From a virus: 64,000 bases of DNA. Positions 9,694 to 20,560 of this stretch are shown piece after piece. The translations under genes and the position numbers were made by a program. Every line of letters begins with the position of its first letter. Within the stretch, counting starts at the first letter, position 1. Below the pieces are notes generated by a model. The model had not been told where the DNA came from. It was given only the letters and a program-made list of their open reading frames with translations, and searched no databases. The DNA is taken from positions 5,712 to 69,711 of the IMG/VR virus record IMGVR_UViG_3300030419_005344; one strand, 5' to 3'.

Positions 9694-12600
9694 TATTCAT
9701 CATCTCCTATGTTGACATCAATTGGGCGCCTTTCTTTTCCCTTAAGTCTCTCGGAAAGCTCCACATTAGCTGCATCACGTTTCTTTTTCTTGATTAACAG
9801 ATTCTTCTTTGTAGGTGTAAAAGAAACCTCTGCGTCAATAGAGGCAAGCTCCACCATTGAGAAAAAGTCATAAGGCCAGTTATATGTATAGAGGGGGATT
9901 TCAGCCTCTTGTTCACTGCCTATTTGCTTATAATAGTTGCCGGGTGCTCGCTGCTTAACTTTAAACACCATCCATTGAAGTTCTTGAGGTAACTCTGCGT
10001 CCGGGACAGGCTTATCATCTAAGACTGCCTCCGTAACCTCGCCAAAGGAAAAATCGAGAAGTTCATTCTTAACTAACTTATGACGAACAGTAGCCAAAGC
10101 AGGCTCTGCTATCGTGCCCAATTTTGGAGGCAAGTTTTGCCATATGTGTGACAAATCATTTTTTGTAAACTTGTGAGCAAACTCAAAAACATACATGGCA
10201 ACTGCGTCTACCTCGTTGTTAACAAAGTCAAAAGTAGGAGGGAAAACATATTTGTTTAACATCTTTTCAAGGCGAAGAATGCTTTTACTGTCTTTGGCCA
10301 CTGCCGCCGGAGTTGTTCCAAAACGAGGGTCGGTACCGGATATTTTAAGGAATCTTCTTTCGCCTTCAACCTCAACAAATGGCACGGCCACAATAGCCTC
10401 AAAAACTTTTTTAATGTTAGGAAGTTCTCCCACTCGGACCGGCTCTGTCGAAAACCCACACACATCGACCAACGACAAAGGAGCGTTGGTGGTCTTGATG
10501 CTTTCCACTGAGGCCGCGGTGCCGATGGTCATATTTTGTGGTAACCTGTATCCAGTTAGAGCTTTGTTGATATTAGAACGTTCTGTCGTGTTTGTGGTTG
10601 GGAATCCTTCTGCAAGATCAACCTTTACGGCATTACTAACATCGAACATACCACCAACGTCGAAAGCGACACTAGCGGACGGATGGTTGTTAATAAAGTC
10701 AGTGGGAATATCTGTTACTTGTATGTACACGCCCTGATCTGATTTGGGAATTCTACCAAATTGGTGCCACATTCCATATGGTATTAGGTCGTTTGTTGCA
10801 CTGGTGGCGGCGGTGCCGGTGTAGGTCGTTATATCGTCTTCTGTTAAGTAGCCAAAATCAAGCATTGGGGTTTCAAATTTAGTCTGAATTCTCCACTTGG
10901 TGTCGTTCTTAAGTGCTGAGGTGTCTTCTGGATTGATAAGTTTGCTGAATATGTTTAAGGATGCGTCAAGTTGCATCGCCCATTGGTTAGCCCATGGGCC
11001 GCCCATAGGGCCAACACCCGAGCCGAGCGAAATATTATGATATGTTGAACCTTGTATCCCCTTTAGGGCCTCTTGGTCAAATCTCCAGCGCACAACATAA
11101 GTCCCTTCCCCTCCGATTCTTGAGTCATTTTTGTTGGAGGAACCAGCCAACATTGCTGAGCCGGATGGAAATTCTGTGATTGCTAGCGAATGCAGGTCAT
11201 CAATTCTAATAACTCTGGTTGCGTTGGTGTCCGCCAACAATCCTCCGGCGCCGGCATCGAATGATTTATATGGATAATAAATTAAATCAATCCAACTTTC
11301 ACCATCATAATAGGGGGGTGTATGAGACATATATCTCCCGACTGCTGGCGAAGCTTCGAAGGCTCCTGTCATTGCGATAGTCGTCTGGTCGGCGGCGCCT
11401 GTTGCACAAACCACAGGTGGACCAAAGGCGGAGGGCCTATTATACATTGAGAAATTTGATCTTGAACCCGAGGTGTATTGTGGCAATTTAAAGTCACCCC
11501 AATCGCCCTTGGTAGCCACTACCGTGTCGGTTGCGTATGTTCTATACATTTTGATTCTCAGCCCGTAGGGTTGACCCGGAGTAACTGGCTTAAAGTCCAC
11601 TTGTGGTGCAGATACAATCTCGGCTGGCTTTCCGCCTTTAATAAAGAATTCAAGCGACGATGCCAAGAAGTTATGAACCATATTCGTGTATCTTTTTGAT
11701 GAAAGGTTCCGGGCCCATGAGGCTGTCGAGGCTATTCGGCAAAACGATGAGGGCTCATCATCAATTATGTTCTTGCCATAGATGTATTTTGTTGGCTCCA
11801 AAAGAGATTCAAATGGGACTCTGTAGTCCCAAGCGCCATTGTGACTGATAAACTCCCCGGCTGTTTGGTCACCATAGCCGCTGGCTGAGGCTGTGCTAGA
11901 ATTGGAGAAGATGCCCGCAGAAGCCAGCGTTTGTTGTGCCGCTGAAGAAAAATTTAATATGTTTTTAAATTCAACTGAGCCTGTCATTACTGGGTAGTCA
12001 ACAGCGACGCCTGATTTAATTGTATTATACATGATACCGGGCGCAAAAAACGGCTTTAGTATGGTCCTGAACGCGATATCTTCCGTGCCTGTTAAGAAGG
12101 TGTTTGGACCTATAGACGCGGAAAATTCTTGAGCTATTTGTATGGTTCTTTCAGCCGGATAGAAGCCATCATAAGGGACAAACTTTTTAATTGCCTTGCA
12201 GCGTAGTTTAATCGAGTCAGGCTTAAGAATCCCCCCTTCTTTGCCAGCGTCATCTCGCACAACTTCAAAATATTTCATAAAATCAGAATTAGTAAATATT
12301 TTGAAGAAATTCTCTTCACTACTATTTTGCGGTAGAGAAGAGTTGGCAGGCGTTCCTGCTATTGACAAAAACTTGGTGTTTTCAGTTAAGAAGTCGCCAC
12401 CATTATCATCATAAAAATCGATATGCTCACTAATTCTAAATTCAGGAATTATCGAGCGACCTCCTGCCGTGGGTTTGATGTCGGCAAAAAACTTATCGTA
12501 ATCGTCGTAAAAAGGCTTAGCTTCTGTTTTAACAAAAACACTAGAGGTGCCTTCATACTTACCTGCCAATGTTGGAGCATCCCAGAAGGCTTCGCCGCGG

Positions 12601-15600
12601 CCAATGGATGCTACGGCTATAATATGGTCCCCGATGGCCCCGAGGCTGCCCCCCCCGGCGGCCGTTACAGTTCTAAATTTCTCGCCATAACCAACGACGG
12701 ATCCCGTGAAGGGCATAACATGCTTTCTAGAATACAGTATGCCAGATCTTAAATTAGATTCTGGGGCTGTGTGTGCAAATTGTGTATATATGTTTTGAAG
12801 CTGTCCGGGCTTGTAGTTAGCGCCATTGTTGGCGACGTACCCTCCAGTTATCGCGTTAAGGAAACCCGCACCAATAACGGTTGTTTCGAACCCATCCAAG
12901 GCCCATGCACTTTGGTTTACAGCTAGGCCCATGCTACTTGTTGGCTTCTTGGATTCCCCCTTCGTTGTTCTATCAGCACGAGTGTCGCGCCAGAAATTGT
13001 TTTCATAACCTGTTCTACCGCGAACCTTTTCTGTGTATGCAAAATCTTGCGGAGGGTAAACAGTCTCACGATACTGTAGCTTGTTGATTTGCAAGATAGG
13101 CTGTTCTTCATCTAGCAGACCATCATACATGCTAAAGTTGTTAATTATCTGCTTGTAGCTTGTTCTGGCTGTTGCTTGTTTTAAACGCCGTTCATCAACA
13201 ACATTGTTTTTAAACTCAATATTGTCAAACGTAACTACATCATTAACAAACGGCACCCTAACAACTACATCTGTTGATTTTAATGTTTTGCTGTTTTGCT
13301 GATCGTTTCTTATTTCTAAATTATAAACAACCGGATAATATCTGTCAGATACGACAGATTGCGTTGTTAAGAGGGTTGTTCTGTCGCCACTTTGTTTAAA
13401 AGAGGTTCCAGCATCATTAAGAGTGTCTGTTTGATTAGCAAGCCTATCTATCGTATGAGTGTAAAGGTTACTTTTACGGTAGTGTCTTGCTAGCTGCGAT
13501 TGGCCGACGCGAACTTGTTTCCAAGTTGGATAATTATAGGGACCGTTTCTATAGTGTATGATACCATTTAGAGCGCCGGCGTTTGTAGCATTATTGTTTG
13601 TCATATTTTGAATAAATGAGTTATTGTTTGCTACAGCCACAGCGAGGTGTCCGATATCACCATAATTAATATAATTCTTTATATCATCTGTTAAGGCAAA
13701 CCCCATTTGTTGGGTCTCGACATTAAATTTATCAATAATGTTTGTGTTCATGCCAACAAAATTATTTGGTACAAAAGAGCCAGCATCATAAGAACCGTTT
13801 TTTTGCCGTATCTGTCTGGTTGTGCTAATCCCGGAGCCGTTTTCGCTTGCACTTTGAAAATTAACTGCCGACACATATCTAAATCCAACGGAACTTGACT
13901 CTCTTGCCAGCCCATCATACGGGAAGTAGCCGTACACATTGTTGGCGGCACCAAGGGCAGCGTTAAATCTATCGGTTGAGGCAGTGACCCAAGAATACTG
14001 GAAATCAGATTGTGGAATCATGTGCTGAACAAAGTAATTGTCAAATACCGCTCCTGTTACAGGAGTTTCTTCGTTGTTGCTGTAACCCTTAAGGCGACGA
14101 AGTGGGTTTCTGTTAACTTTGTGGAAGCTAGCCGTAACATCTGTGTAGTTAAGGGCAGACGGTAAGGAGCCAGAGCGTAGGCCAAACCTCGCACTATGTT
14201 CCGTAAGAAGCGTTCTAAGAGGCGTTCTAACGGTTGTGTTTCTGTAATTTAGATTGTTGTATGGGCTTAGTTCGGCCGCTTCGTAGTCTAAACCGGGGCC
14301 ACCTTGGTTATCGGCGGCTGTATCAGGGCCGCCGGGAGCAGAGAACCTACTAACAATGACGTGCTCTGTACGGCGTCTCACAGGCTTAGCGTAATCTATA
14401 AGGCCTTCAAAATAGCCTAGCGGGAGCGTGGTTACTGATGCCGTTGAGAACCCCTCATTTTTAACAAACGCAGCATTGTTTTGAGTTCTGCCTGTAGTGT
14501 TAACTATTTCGTATCTCTTATCAAAGTTGCCCATCGCAACCGTGCCAAGGGAGCCGGTTCTGTGTTTAACGTTTTTGATGTTGAGGGGGCGCTTAGCTGT
14601 TTCGTCTCTGCGGTAGTTGGGGCGCGTAGAGATGCCGTTTATAAGCCCAGAATCGGCAGCAAGAAAAACAGTACGGTTCGTTGGCGAAAAGAGGCCATAA
14701 GCTTCGGGACGGGTCGAGCGTGTATCTGACCCTTCGTTCAAATCTGTGTGCCTATGCCTATTGCCCCCAACATGTTGGTTGGTAAACGGCCCCTGCATTG
14801 GGACTTCGTAGTCATCACCGTAAGAATCATTATGATAGCCCGAGAATTCCATACCTGTTTCGGCATCGGGACCACTCGTGCCGGCGCCGCCAAGAGCAGA
14901 CTGCCAGTTTTGCCCAAACCCATCTGCCGGAGATACAGAAGAACTATATGCTACAAAGGGGGTCAAATACTTAGTGCCCGCTACATCATCACCAGCGTTG
15001 GAAATATTGTCACTATAAACGCCCGGTACCGACCTCTTATGCTGCTTTATAGTTGGCCGGAGTTCTTCGCTCGACGCGTCTGGAGTGGCAAGCTTTGCAA
15101 CGCGAAGGCTTTCACTGCTAACAGAACTTTTTGGTATGACTGCAAAAACACCATCCGGTTTGTGGCCTCTTGGGTAGTTGTACCCACCGCCGATGTCAGG
15201 AACAACCCCCACAGATAGCTTAGATTGCCTTGTGAAGCGTCTTGTGGCGTAAGTGGACCCTTCGTATACCCCAGAGGCTCCGGCGCCGTCATTGAGCGAG
15301 TCAGCGCTTGCAGAGTTGAATAGCTGGATGATGGTGAGGATGTCTTGTCTTGCTGTGTCGATGAGCGCGGGCGTATCAAAAGCTGTGTTGCTTCTTTCTG
15401 CTCGCTCTTTCCACCAAGTAGAATGTTCAGTTTGAGAGTTTGTTATAGGCGCGTGACCAAACTGCCAGTTGTACTCTAGTTCTCTAATGCCCTTGACTCT
15501 GCCTTCTAACTTGGCCTCGTCGCCACCAAAGCGGTCGTTGCCCTTGTAGTCTAGTTGTGGGTACTTGTGCTGGTATTTGGAGCGGTTAAGAACATAATCT

Positions 15601-18600
15601 TCAACCACAGTGCGAATCTCGTCGGAAACATCGGCAGAAGCAGGAACAAACTGCTGTAGGAAAATGTTAAGCGAGGAATCAATCCACTTATAATAATCAA
15701 TAAATTTGTCGAGGTCAGGGTTGTTCTCAATCTTCTGAAAGAAAAGTTCTCTTAAAAGCCTTAAACTCTTGTACTCACCACGATACTTGTGAACTACTTC
15801 ACCGATAAGGTTGTTAAATTCAACAATAGACGAGAACATATTAATCATTTCTTGCGAAACGATACCGTACATGCTCTTTTCAAAGGTGTAATAAGTCTGC
15901 GAAATAGACGCATCTCTTGGGTAAAGTTCATCGTCTCTGGATAGGACGCTTACATCGTCGCTGCTATTAACAACTTCGGGTAGTCTTTGTTGTGCTGACT
16001 GAACGAACTGTTTAGAGATAACGTCCGTTGAACTGTAGGCACTGGCGCCAAACTGACCTCGGCCTGCAAACTGTTTATTAACATTTGTAAGTACATTCTC
16101 TTGCGGATATCTGCTGGTTAGTCCTGTTGAACCAGATGATGCATCTTGGACCGAGAAGCGGCCAGTGGCATCTGTGCCCGTAACTTGTGAATAGTCCCAG
16201 TTAAGAGCAAGAGAAACAGACTCTGGAATGGTTGTTTTAATCGCCGGGTTTAGACTTGCGTCGTCAGAGTCGTTGTAAAACAATAAGTTTCTGCTAGGGT
16301 TTCTTGTTCCATAATTTTCGGGGTCAAGGGCGTGTGACTTGATAACATCGTCATCTAAAAAGGTTGTATATACTCGCAACGAAGACGCTAAAATATCAGT
16401 CTGATGGTCCACTGTCCCTGTATAGTTTGTTCTTTGTGATCCGATGAAATAGCGATAAGGTAAACTTGGCCCCAAGTTGGAGGATATTGATGAAGTTGTT
16501 AAAACAAAACTATTTCTTACGACTCCATTTTCTACATTATAACCAACAAAGCTGACTTCTTGATCTCCGGAAACATCACCAGAATTAATAGAACCCGTGG
16601 TGTATGGCCAGTTTTTTGATTTAACTCTTATCGCCAGATTCCATTTCTGGTTATCATAAATGTTTGAATAGATATCGCTTGTGAGTGGATTTGTAAATAA
16701 GTTAGAATCAAGAACAAAATAAGCATCATTTGAGTTTTGCTGTGTCCGAACAGCATAAGCAACAAGCCAAGGCGCGTTGGCTGGGTTATTACTGAATGAT
16801 GCGTCAAAGATTGCTGGGTCTGCTGATGCTGATGCTTTTCCGAAGATAGATGCTGTAACAAAAGGTGTATCAAAGTATTGTGAGTTAGCAAACTCAAACT
16901 TTCTTGGGAATATAATTTCTAGTTCTGCGGTTTGAGCAAAAGCGCTGTCTGGTGAGGATGCCGAGAAGAAAGAAATGCCGGATGTTTCACCAGTGTTGGC
17001 TCTCTGATAAACAACCCCATCAAACCTATCAGGGTGGTTAAAGTCAACATAGTTCTTTCTAATAACTCTGTCTTGTCTTGTCTCTTGGATGTCAAAGGTT
17101 TGATTGCTTGCATATGCGTTGAATCTAATAACATCTTCACCAATACCGTAGCAACGGATAAGGTTTCTAAATGCTTTTTCTGTGCCCTTTGACTTGTAAA
17201 GGTAAGTAAGGTTGTTGTAGATGTTTTTGTAAATAAGGTTCTTGGTATCGTTAATATCAAGAGTGTAGCTTTCGGTGTCGCTTCTGTTAGCGAATCTTTG
17301 GAGAAGGTCAGCGTCCACAAAGATTTCTGGGACTGCTAGGCCTCGGGAGCTTAGCAAGTTCCTCATAAACGGTATAGGCTTATCGCTACCACTTAAGTAT
17401 GTGTTGTTGGCTAGGTCTGGAAGGGACTGAATCTGTAGGTTGAGTGTGTCCATATAGGAGCCAAGGATCTGTGTTAGTCTACTTAACTCGCCGTTTCCGC
17501 TCTGGTCTTCTTCGTCAACAATCCAGCCGGGAAGTGTATCAATAATGGCTGCTTGGTTTTCAAAGTCGTGAACACTGCCAGAAGACTCTAGTCTGTCTAC
17601 TAGTGCAACAACATCCGGGTGGCTTGCATAAATAATTGGGTCTTTGAACTCTGATGTGGCTGCGGAGGCAGAAACGATAGCAGAGCCAACCGTTCGGTGT
17701 GCAGTGGCTGTAAGACCGTCACTAGTGTCTGTGCCATAGTTTAAAATAGTCCCGTTTGTAATGCGGCCAGAATAATCCAAAACAGTAGCGTCAGTTGTTT
17801 CTTCCCCTGTGATGCCCTCATTAAACTTGTAGTATACGCCGAGTTCTGCGTTTGCTATTTCGTTGTTTGTGCCACCGCGGACTTGCGTCCAATAGTTTTG
17901 CTGTATTTCTTTTTCTGTTCTCTCGGCTTTCCAGTATCTAAACTCGTCATAACCACACTTGGCAGTTTTGCCATAACCATCCATGTCTGTACCGATGCTA
18001 GTACCAGATGGGTTGGTTAGCAGAGCACCGATTCGGGCACGAAGAGCGCCAGTAACCTCATTTAAGGCTAGTGTGCTGGATGTAGTGGTAGTGAGAGACC
18101 CATTTAAGTAGGACTTGACGCTTAACCCAGTAGAGCCTGAACTCATGGCGAAAGCATAGTGTTTCCAAGTTGTGCCGTCATTAAAGTCAGCCAGCGTGGC
18201 AGTGGCATCAATAATCTTTAATTCTTGTATACCTACTGTCCCAGAGTATGCGTTAAGATAAACAGCATCAAGTTCGCTAGATCCCACTGAAGCCGAACCA
18301 TAAATAGTTAACCGGCCATATTGAGCAGAGCTGGATGGCTCTCCATTCCACAGGTCAAAGAACGCAATTCTGTCAGTTTGTGTGAGTGCGGTGGTGCCTC
18401 CTTGAAGCCAAAACTCAACGGTTACGCCCTTATTTGGAAGATTATATGCTAGGTTACTTTCTCTTGAGCCAACTCTGCCCAATGCAAGTGTGCCATCAGT
18501 TTGGTAAATATCAGCATCATAATAATTGGAGCCGGTAAACTGTAGGTGAAATGAGCCAGTTGTCATCCCGCCCTTTATAGAGTTTGGGCCACCGAAAAAA

Positions 18601-19022
18601 GTAAGGTGTGATTTAACCGTAGGGTTGCCAAATGCGTTAGTACCGCCGGTGGCTGTAGCCCGGTTATCTATACGAAAAATACCATTCGTCCGTGGATAAT
18701 CATTCTCTAAAATATGGAGGTCAAGATAGTTGGACTCGTTGTTGTAGCGAGTTATCTCCTCTTCGGAACCATCATAAGGGTACTGTGAGATAATTCTGTT
18801 TACTGAGTCAGCATAATATTGTCTAGCTGAACCATAGACCGCGAAGTTTCCGGGGTCAGAATAATCTACTTGAGGAATAAACCGATTGATTCTTTCAATC
18901 TGCTCTCTGACATTATCAGCAGATTCAAGTTCGGGTGCGTTCTTAACAACCTCTTCTTCTAGGTTAGTTGATACAAGCACATCATTTAGTTTTTCTGAAT
19001 CAAATAGCTTTTTGATACTCAT
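9693..19022 (-). CDS. Giant baseplate/tail protein with LamG/concanavalin-like domains (3109 aa)
   Basis: LamG-like signatures 'VTVEFWL', 'WKHYAF', 'DEFRYW', 'YYKFNEG'. The segment 'IYNNLTYLYKSKGTEKAFRNLIRCYG' resembles the P2 gpI/T4 gp7-type wedge motif. Confidence 0.7.
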   Translation of the reverse strand: MSIKKLFDSEKLNDVLVSTNLEEEVVKNAPELESADNVREQIERINRFIPQVDYSDPGNFAVYGSARQYYADSVNRIISQYPYDGSEEEITRYNNESNYLDLHILENDYPRTNGIFRIDNRATATGGTNAFGNPTVKSHLTFFGGPNSIKGGMTTGSFHLQFTGSNYYDADIYQTDGTLALGRVGSRESNLAYNLPNKGVTVEFWLQGGTTALTQTDRIAFFDLWNGEPSSSAQYGRLTIYGSASVGSSELDAVYLNAYSGTVGIQELKIIDATATLADFNDGTTWKHYAFAMSSGSTGLSVKSYLNGSLTTTTSSTLALNEVTGALRARIGALLTNPSGTSIGTDMDGYGKTAKCGYDEFRYWKAERTEKEIQQNYWTQVRGGTNNEIANAELGVYYKFNEGITGEETTDATVLDYSGRITNGTILNYGTDTSDGLTATAHRTVGSAIVSASAATSEFKDPIIYASHPDVVALVDRLESSGSVHDFENQAAIIDTLPGWIVDEEDQSGNGELSRLTQILGSYMDTLNLQIQSLPDLANNTYLSGSDKPIPFMRNLLSSRGLAVPEIFVDADLLQRFANRSDTESYTLDINDTKNLIYKNIYNNLTYLYKSKGTEKAFRNLIRCYGIGEDVIRFNAYASNQTFDIQETRQDRVIRKNYVDFNHPDRFDGVVYQRANTGETSGISFFSASSPDSAFAQTAELEIIFPRKFEFANSQYFDTPFVTASIFGKASASADPAIFDASFSNNPANAPWLVAYAVRTQQNSNDAYFVLDSNLFTNPLTSDIYSNIYDNQKWNLAIRVKSKNWPYTTGSINSGDVSGDQEVSFVGYNVENGVVRNSFVLTTSSISSNLGPSLPYRYFIGSQRTNYTGTVDHQTDILASSLRVYTTFLDDDVIKSHALDPENYGTRNPSRNLLFYNDSDDASLNPAIKTTIPESVSLALNWDYSQVTGTDATGRFSVQDASSGSTGLTSRYPQENVLTNVNKQFAGRGQFGASAYSSTDVISKQFVQSAQQRLPEVVNSSDDVSVLSRDDELYPRDASISQTYYTFEKSMYGIVSQEMINMFSSIVEFNNLIGEVVHKYRGEYKSLRLLRELFFQKIENNPDLDKFIDYYKWIDSSLNIFLQQFVPASADVSDEIRTVVEDYVLNRSKYQHKYPQLDYKGNDRFGGDEAKLEGRVKGIRELEYNWQFGHAPITNSQTEHSTWWKERAERSNTAFDTPALIDTARQDILTIIQLFNSASADSLNDGAGASGVYEGSTYATRRFTRQSKLSVGVVPDIGGGYNYPRGHKPDGVFAVIPKSSVSSESLRVAKLATPDASSEELRPTIKQHKRSVPGVYSDNISNAGDDVAGTKYLTPFVAYSSSVSPADGFGQNWQSALGGAGTSGPDAETGMEFSGYHNDSYGDDYEVPMQGPFTNQHVGGNRHRHTDLNEGSDTRSTRPEAYGLFSPTNRTVFLAADSGLINGISTRPNYRRDETAKRPLNIKNVKHRTGSLGTVAMGNFDKRYEIVNTTGRTQNNAAFVKNEGFSTASVTTLPLGYFEGLIDYAKPVRRRTEHVIVSRFSAPGGPDTAADNQGGPGLDYEAAELSPYNNLNYRNTTVRTPLRTLLTEHSARFGLRSGSLPSALNYTDVTASFHKVNRNPLRRLKGYSNNEETPVTGAVFDNYFVQHMIPQSDFQYSWVTASTDRFNAALGAANNVYGYFPYDGLARESSSVGFRYVSAVNFQSASENGSGISTTRQIRQKNGSYDAGSFVPNNFVGMNTNIIDKFNVETQQMGFALTDDIKNYINYGDIGHLAVAVANNNSFIQNMTNNNATNAGALNGIIHYRNGPYNYPTWKQVRVGQSQLARHYRKSNLYTHTIDRLANQTDTLNDAGTSFKQSGDRTTLLTTQSVVSDRYYPVVYNLEIRNDQQNSKTLKSTDVVVRVPFVNDVVTFDNIEFKNNVVDERRLKQATARTSYKQIINNFSMYDGLLDEEQPILQINKLQYRETVYPPQDFAYTEKVRGRTGYENNFWRDTRADRTTKGESKKPTSSMGLAVNQSAWALDGFETTVIGAGFLNAITGGYVANNGANYKPGQLQNIYTQFAHTAPESNLRSGILYSRKHVMPFTGSVVGYGEKFRTVTAAGGGSLGAIGDHIIAVASIGRGEAFWDAPTLAGKYEGTSSVFVKTEAKPFYDDYDKFFADIKPTAGGRSIIPEFRISEHIDFYDDNGGDFLTENTKFLSIAGTPANSSLPQNSSEENFFKIFTNSDFMKYFEVVRDDAGKEGGILKPDSIKLRCKAIKKFVPYDGFYPAERTIQIAQEFSASIGPNTFLTGTEDIAFRTILKPFFAPGIMYNTIKSGVAVDYPVMTGSVEFKNILNFSSAAQQTLASAGIFSNSSTASASGYGDQTAGEFISHNGAWDYRVPFESLLEPTKYIYGKNIIDDEPSSFCRIASTASWARNLSSKRYTNMVHNFLASSLEFFIKGGKPAEIVSAPQVDFKPVTPGQPYGLRIKMYRTYATDTVVATKGDWGDFKLPQYTSGSRSNFSMYNRPSAFGPPVVCATGAADQTTIAMTGAFEASPAVGRYMSHTPPYYDGESWIDLIYYPYKSFDAGAGGLLADTNATRVIRIDDLHSLAITEFPSGSAMLAGSSNKNDSRIGGEGTYVVRWRFDQEALKGIQGSTYHNISLGSGVGPMGGPWANQWAMQLDASLNIFSKLINPEDTSALKNDTKWRIQTKFETPMLDFGYLTEDDITTYTGTAATSATNDLIPYGMWHQFGRIPKSDQGVYIQVTDIPTDFINNHPSASVAFDVGGMFDVSNAVKVDLAEGFPTTNTTERSNINKALTGYRLPQNMTIGTAASVESIKTTNAPLSLVDVCGFSTEPVRVGELPNIKKVFEAIVAVPFVEVEGERRFLKISGTDPRFGTTPAAVAKDSKSILRLEKMLNKYVFPPTFDFVNNEVDAVAMYVFEFAHKFTKNDLSHIWQNLPPKLGTIAEPALATVRHKLVKNELLDFSFGEVTEAVLDDKPVPDAELPQELQWMVFKVKQRAPGNYYKQIGSEQEAEIPLYTYNWPYDFFSMVELASIDAEVSFTPTKKNLLIKKKKRDAANVELSERLKGKERRPIDVNIGDDE

Positions 19023-19033
19023 CCGTAACTGCC

Positions 19034-20560
19034 TTATTCAACTTTAAACTTGAAGATTTCTGGCTGCTCAACCCAACTTCCAATGTCCTCGTTATAAAAT
19101 GCCAATTTTATTCCGTGCATGTATCCGCGTTCGAACAGTCCCATATCTAAATCAAAGTAAGAGCCGGAAACATCATATGACATAAACGTGTAGTACGGTG
19201 TACTGCCCGTTCCATGCGGTATGACTTTGAGTTCGTCGATAATTCTAAAGACTTCAAATGAGCCACTTTCTACTACCTCAACTTCCGGCGTGCTTACTGC
19301 CTTAGTGTAAATAGTTGGTGTCCAATCTTTTTGGCGGCTATAAACCCTAAAACGTGCTGTCTCGTCTGGACGATACTTTTGACGCAGATTGGTTATAGAG
19401 ACAAAGTATTCATTGGCTGGGGCATTGTACATGTTTTTTAGAACTTTTGGCTCAATAGAGCCAGTGCCATACTGCACCCCTGTGCTCGCATCGGCAACCG
19501 AGTTGTCTAGTTTGAACCACACGTCGTTAACAGCCGGAAGCGGCGTAGATGCTGCGGTCATAGCAAACGAGGCTGAGTATATGCCCTTGGAAACGTGGCC
19601 GCCTGTTACGGCAAATACGCCCGTTGATAGAACATGTGTGCCGTCTGCCACAAGCCGAATTGCTGAACCGTTCGGGGAACCTGCACTCGATGAGAATATA
19701 CTAACTCCAATGTTGCCTGTCCCAACGTCAGGTATGTTGCGGAGGCGTCCTCTAAAGTAATTGTAAAAATAGATAGTGTTTAAGTTTTCTGCTGCTGTAG
19801 CTAGTGAGCTACTGTAAAAGAAATTTCCTCTATCATCCTCAATTGAGGAATCCCACCGAGCCTCGATATTTGGCCTCTTGTAGAAAAACTCTGTGCCTCT
19901 TGCAAAAAACTTCTTAGTGTAGTAAGAACGTGATGCGCTAGAATATTCACTCGATAAGAATACTCCAACCCCTTCGTCTTCTTTTTGTCCAAGGTTGGAG
20001 GAGGACAGCCACTGCTCAACAAGCGGAGTGATGTTTAGTTCAATATCCTCTGTTCCTCCATCAAAGGAAGCTGTGAAAGAAGAGGAGATGTCGGAAAAGT
20101 AATCACCACCGGTAGAGGCCCATGCGTGGTCGCCGGCCGAGCGGGAAGCAATTCTGTTAACCCAGTTGGATGCGCCTATATCTTTGTAGCCTTCCATATC
20201 AAGGCCTGTGCCCTCCGTCCAGCCTCCTGATACAGCAGAAACATCCATCGTGTAAGACTTGGGAAGTGTTTGGCTGTGTGGTGCGTTGTAAAGTCTTAAG
20301 TAAAAATCAACACTACCGCTAGCAGGAATGACACCAGCGTCCCTGTCCGCCTTAATAGAGTTGGTGGATGCTGTACAATCAAACTTAATAAGAAATCTGG
20401 ATTCTTCCGCAGATGACGAGTTTGCCTGTCCAAAAATAGAAAATACTTCGAGGATATCGGATGCCCCCATGTTGGAACCAGTTCCACGAGTTTCAAGATT
20501 TTCTTTGAAAGCATTCGTTATAGTATTGTCTTTCTTAGCATAGTATCTCTTGATAGCCAT
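19034..20560 (-). CDS. Putative virion structural protein, possibly DNRLRE-like beta-sandwich (508 aa)
   Basis: 'KDNTI...N.GASDILEV...SRFLIKFD...WTEG.G...W...GGDY...RPNIEARWD' pattern. Lies between the baseplate wedge and the giant LamG genes. Confidence 0.55.
   Translation of the reverse strand: MAIKRYYAKKDNTITNAFKENLETRGTGSNMGASDILEVFSIFGQANSSSAEESRFLIKFDCTASTNSIKADRDAGVIPASGSVDFYLRLYNAPHSQTLPKSYTMDVSAVSGGWTEGTGLDMEGYKDIGASNWVNRIASRSAGDHAWASTGGDYFSDISSSFTASFDGGTEDIELNITPLVEQWLSSSNLGQKEDEGVGVFLSSEYSSASRSYYTKKFFARGTEFFYKRPNIEARWDSSIEDDRGNFFYSSSLATAAENLNTIYFYNYFRGRLRNIPDVGTGNIGVSIFSSSAGSPNGSAIRLVADGTHVLSTGVFAVTGGHVSKGIYSASFAMTAASTPLPAVNDVWFKLDNSVADASTGVQYGTGSIEPKVLKNMYNAPANEYFVSITNLRQKYRPDETARFRVYSRQKDWTPTIYTKAVSTPEVEVVESGSFEVFRIIDELKVIPHGTGSTPYYTFMSYDVSGSYFDLDMGLFERGYMHGIKLAFYNEDIGSWVEQPEIFKFKVE

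Noticed and set aside
19308-19315. Additional ACTATTTA inside the 508-aa gene
   Set aside because: About 290 nt from the next start and inside coding sequence, so consistent with chance, although it could be an internal promoter.
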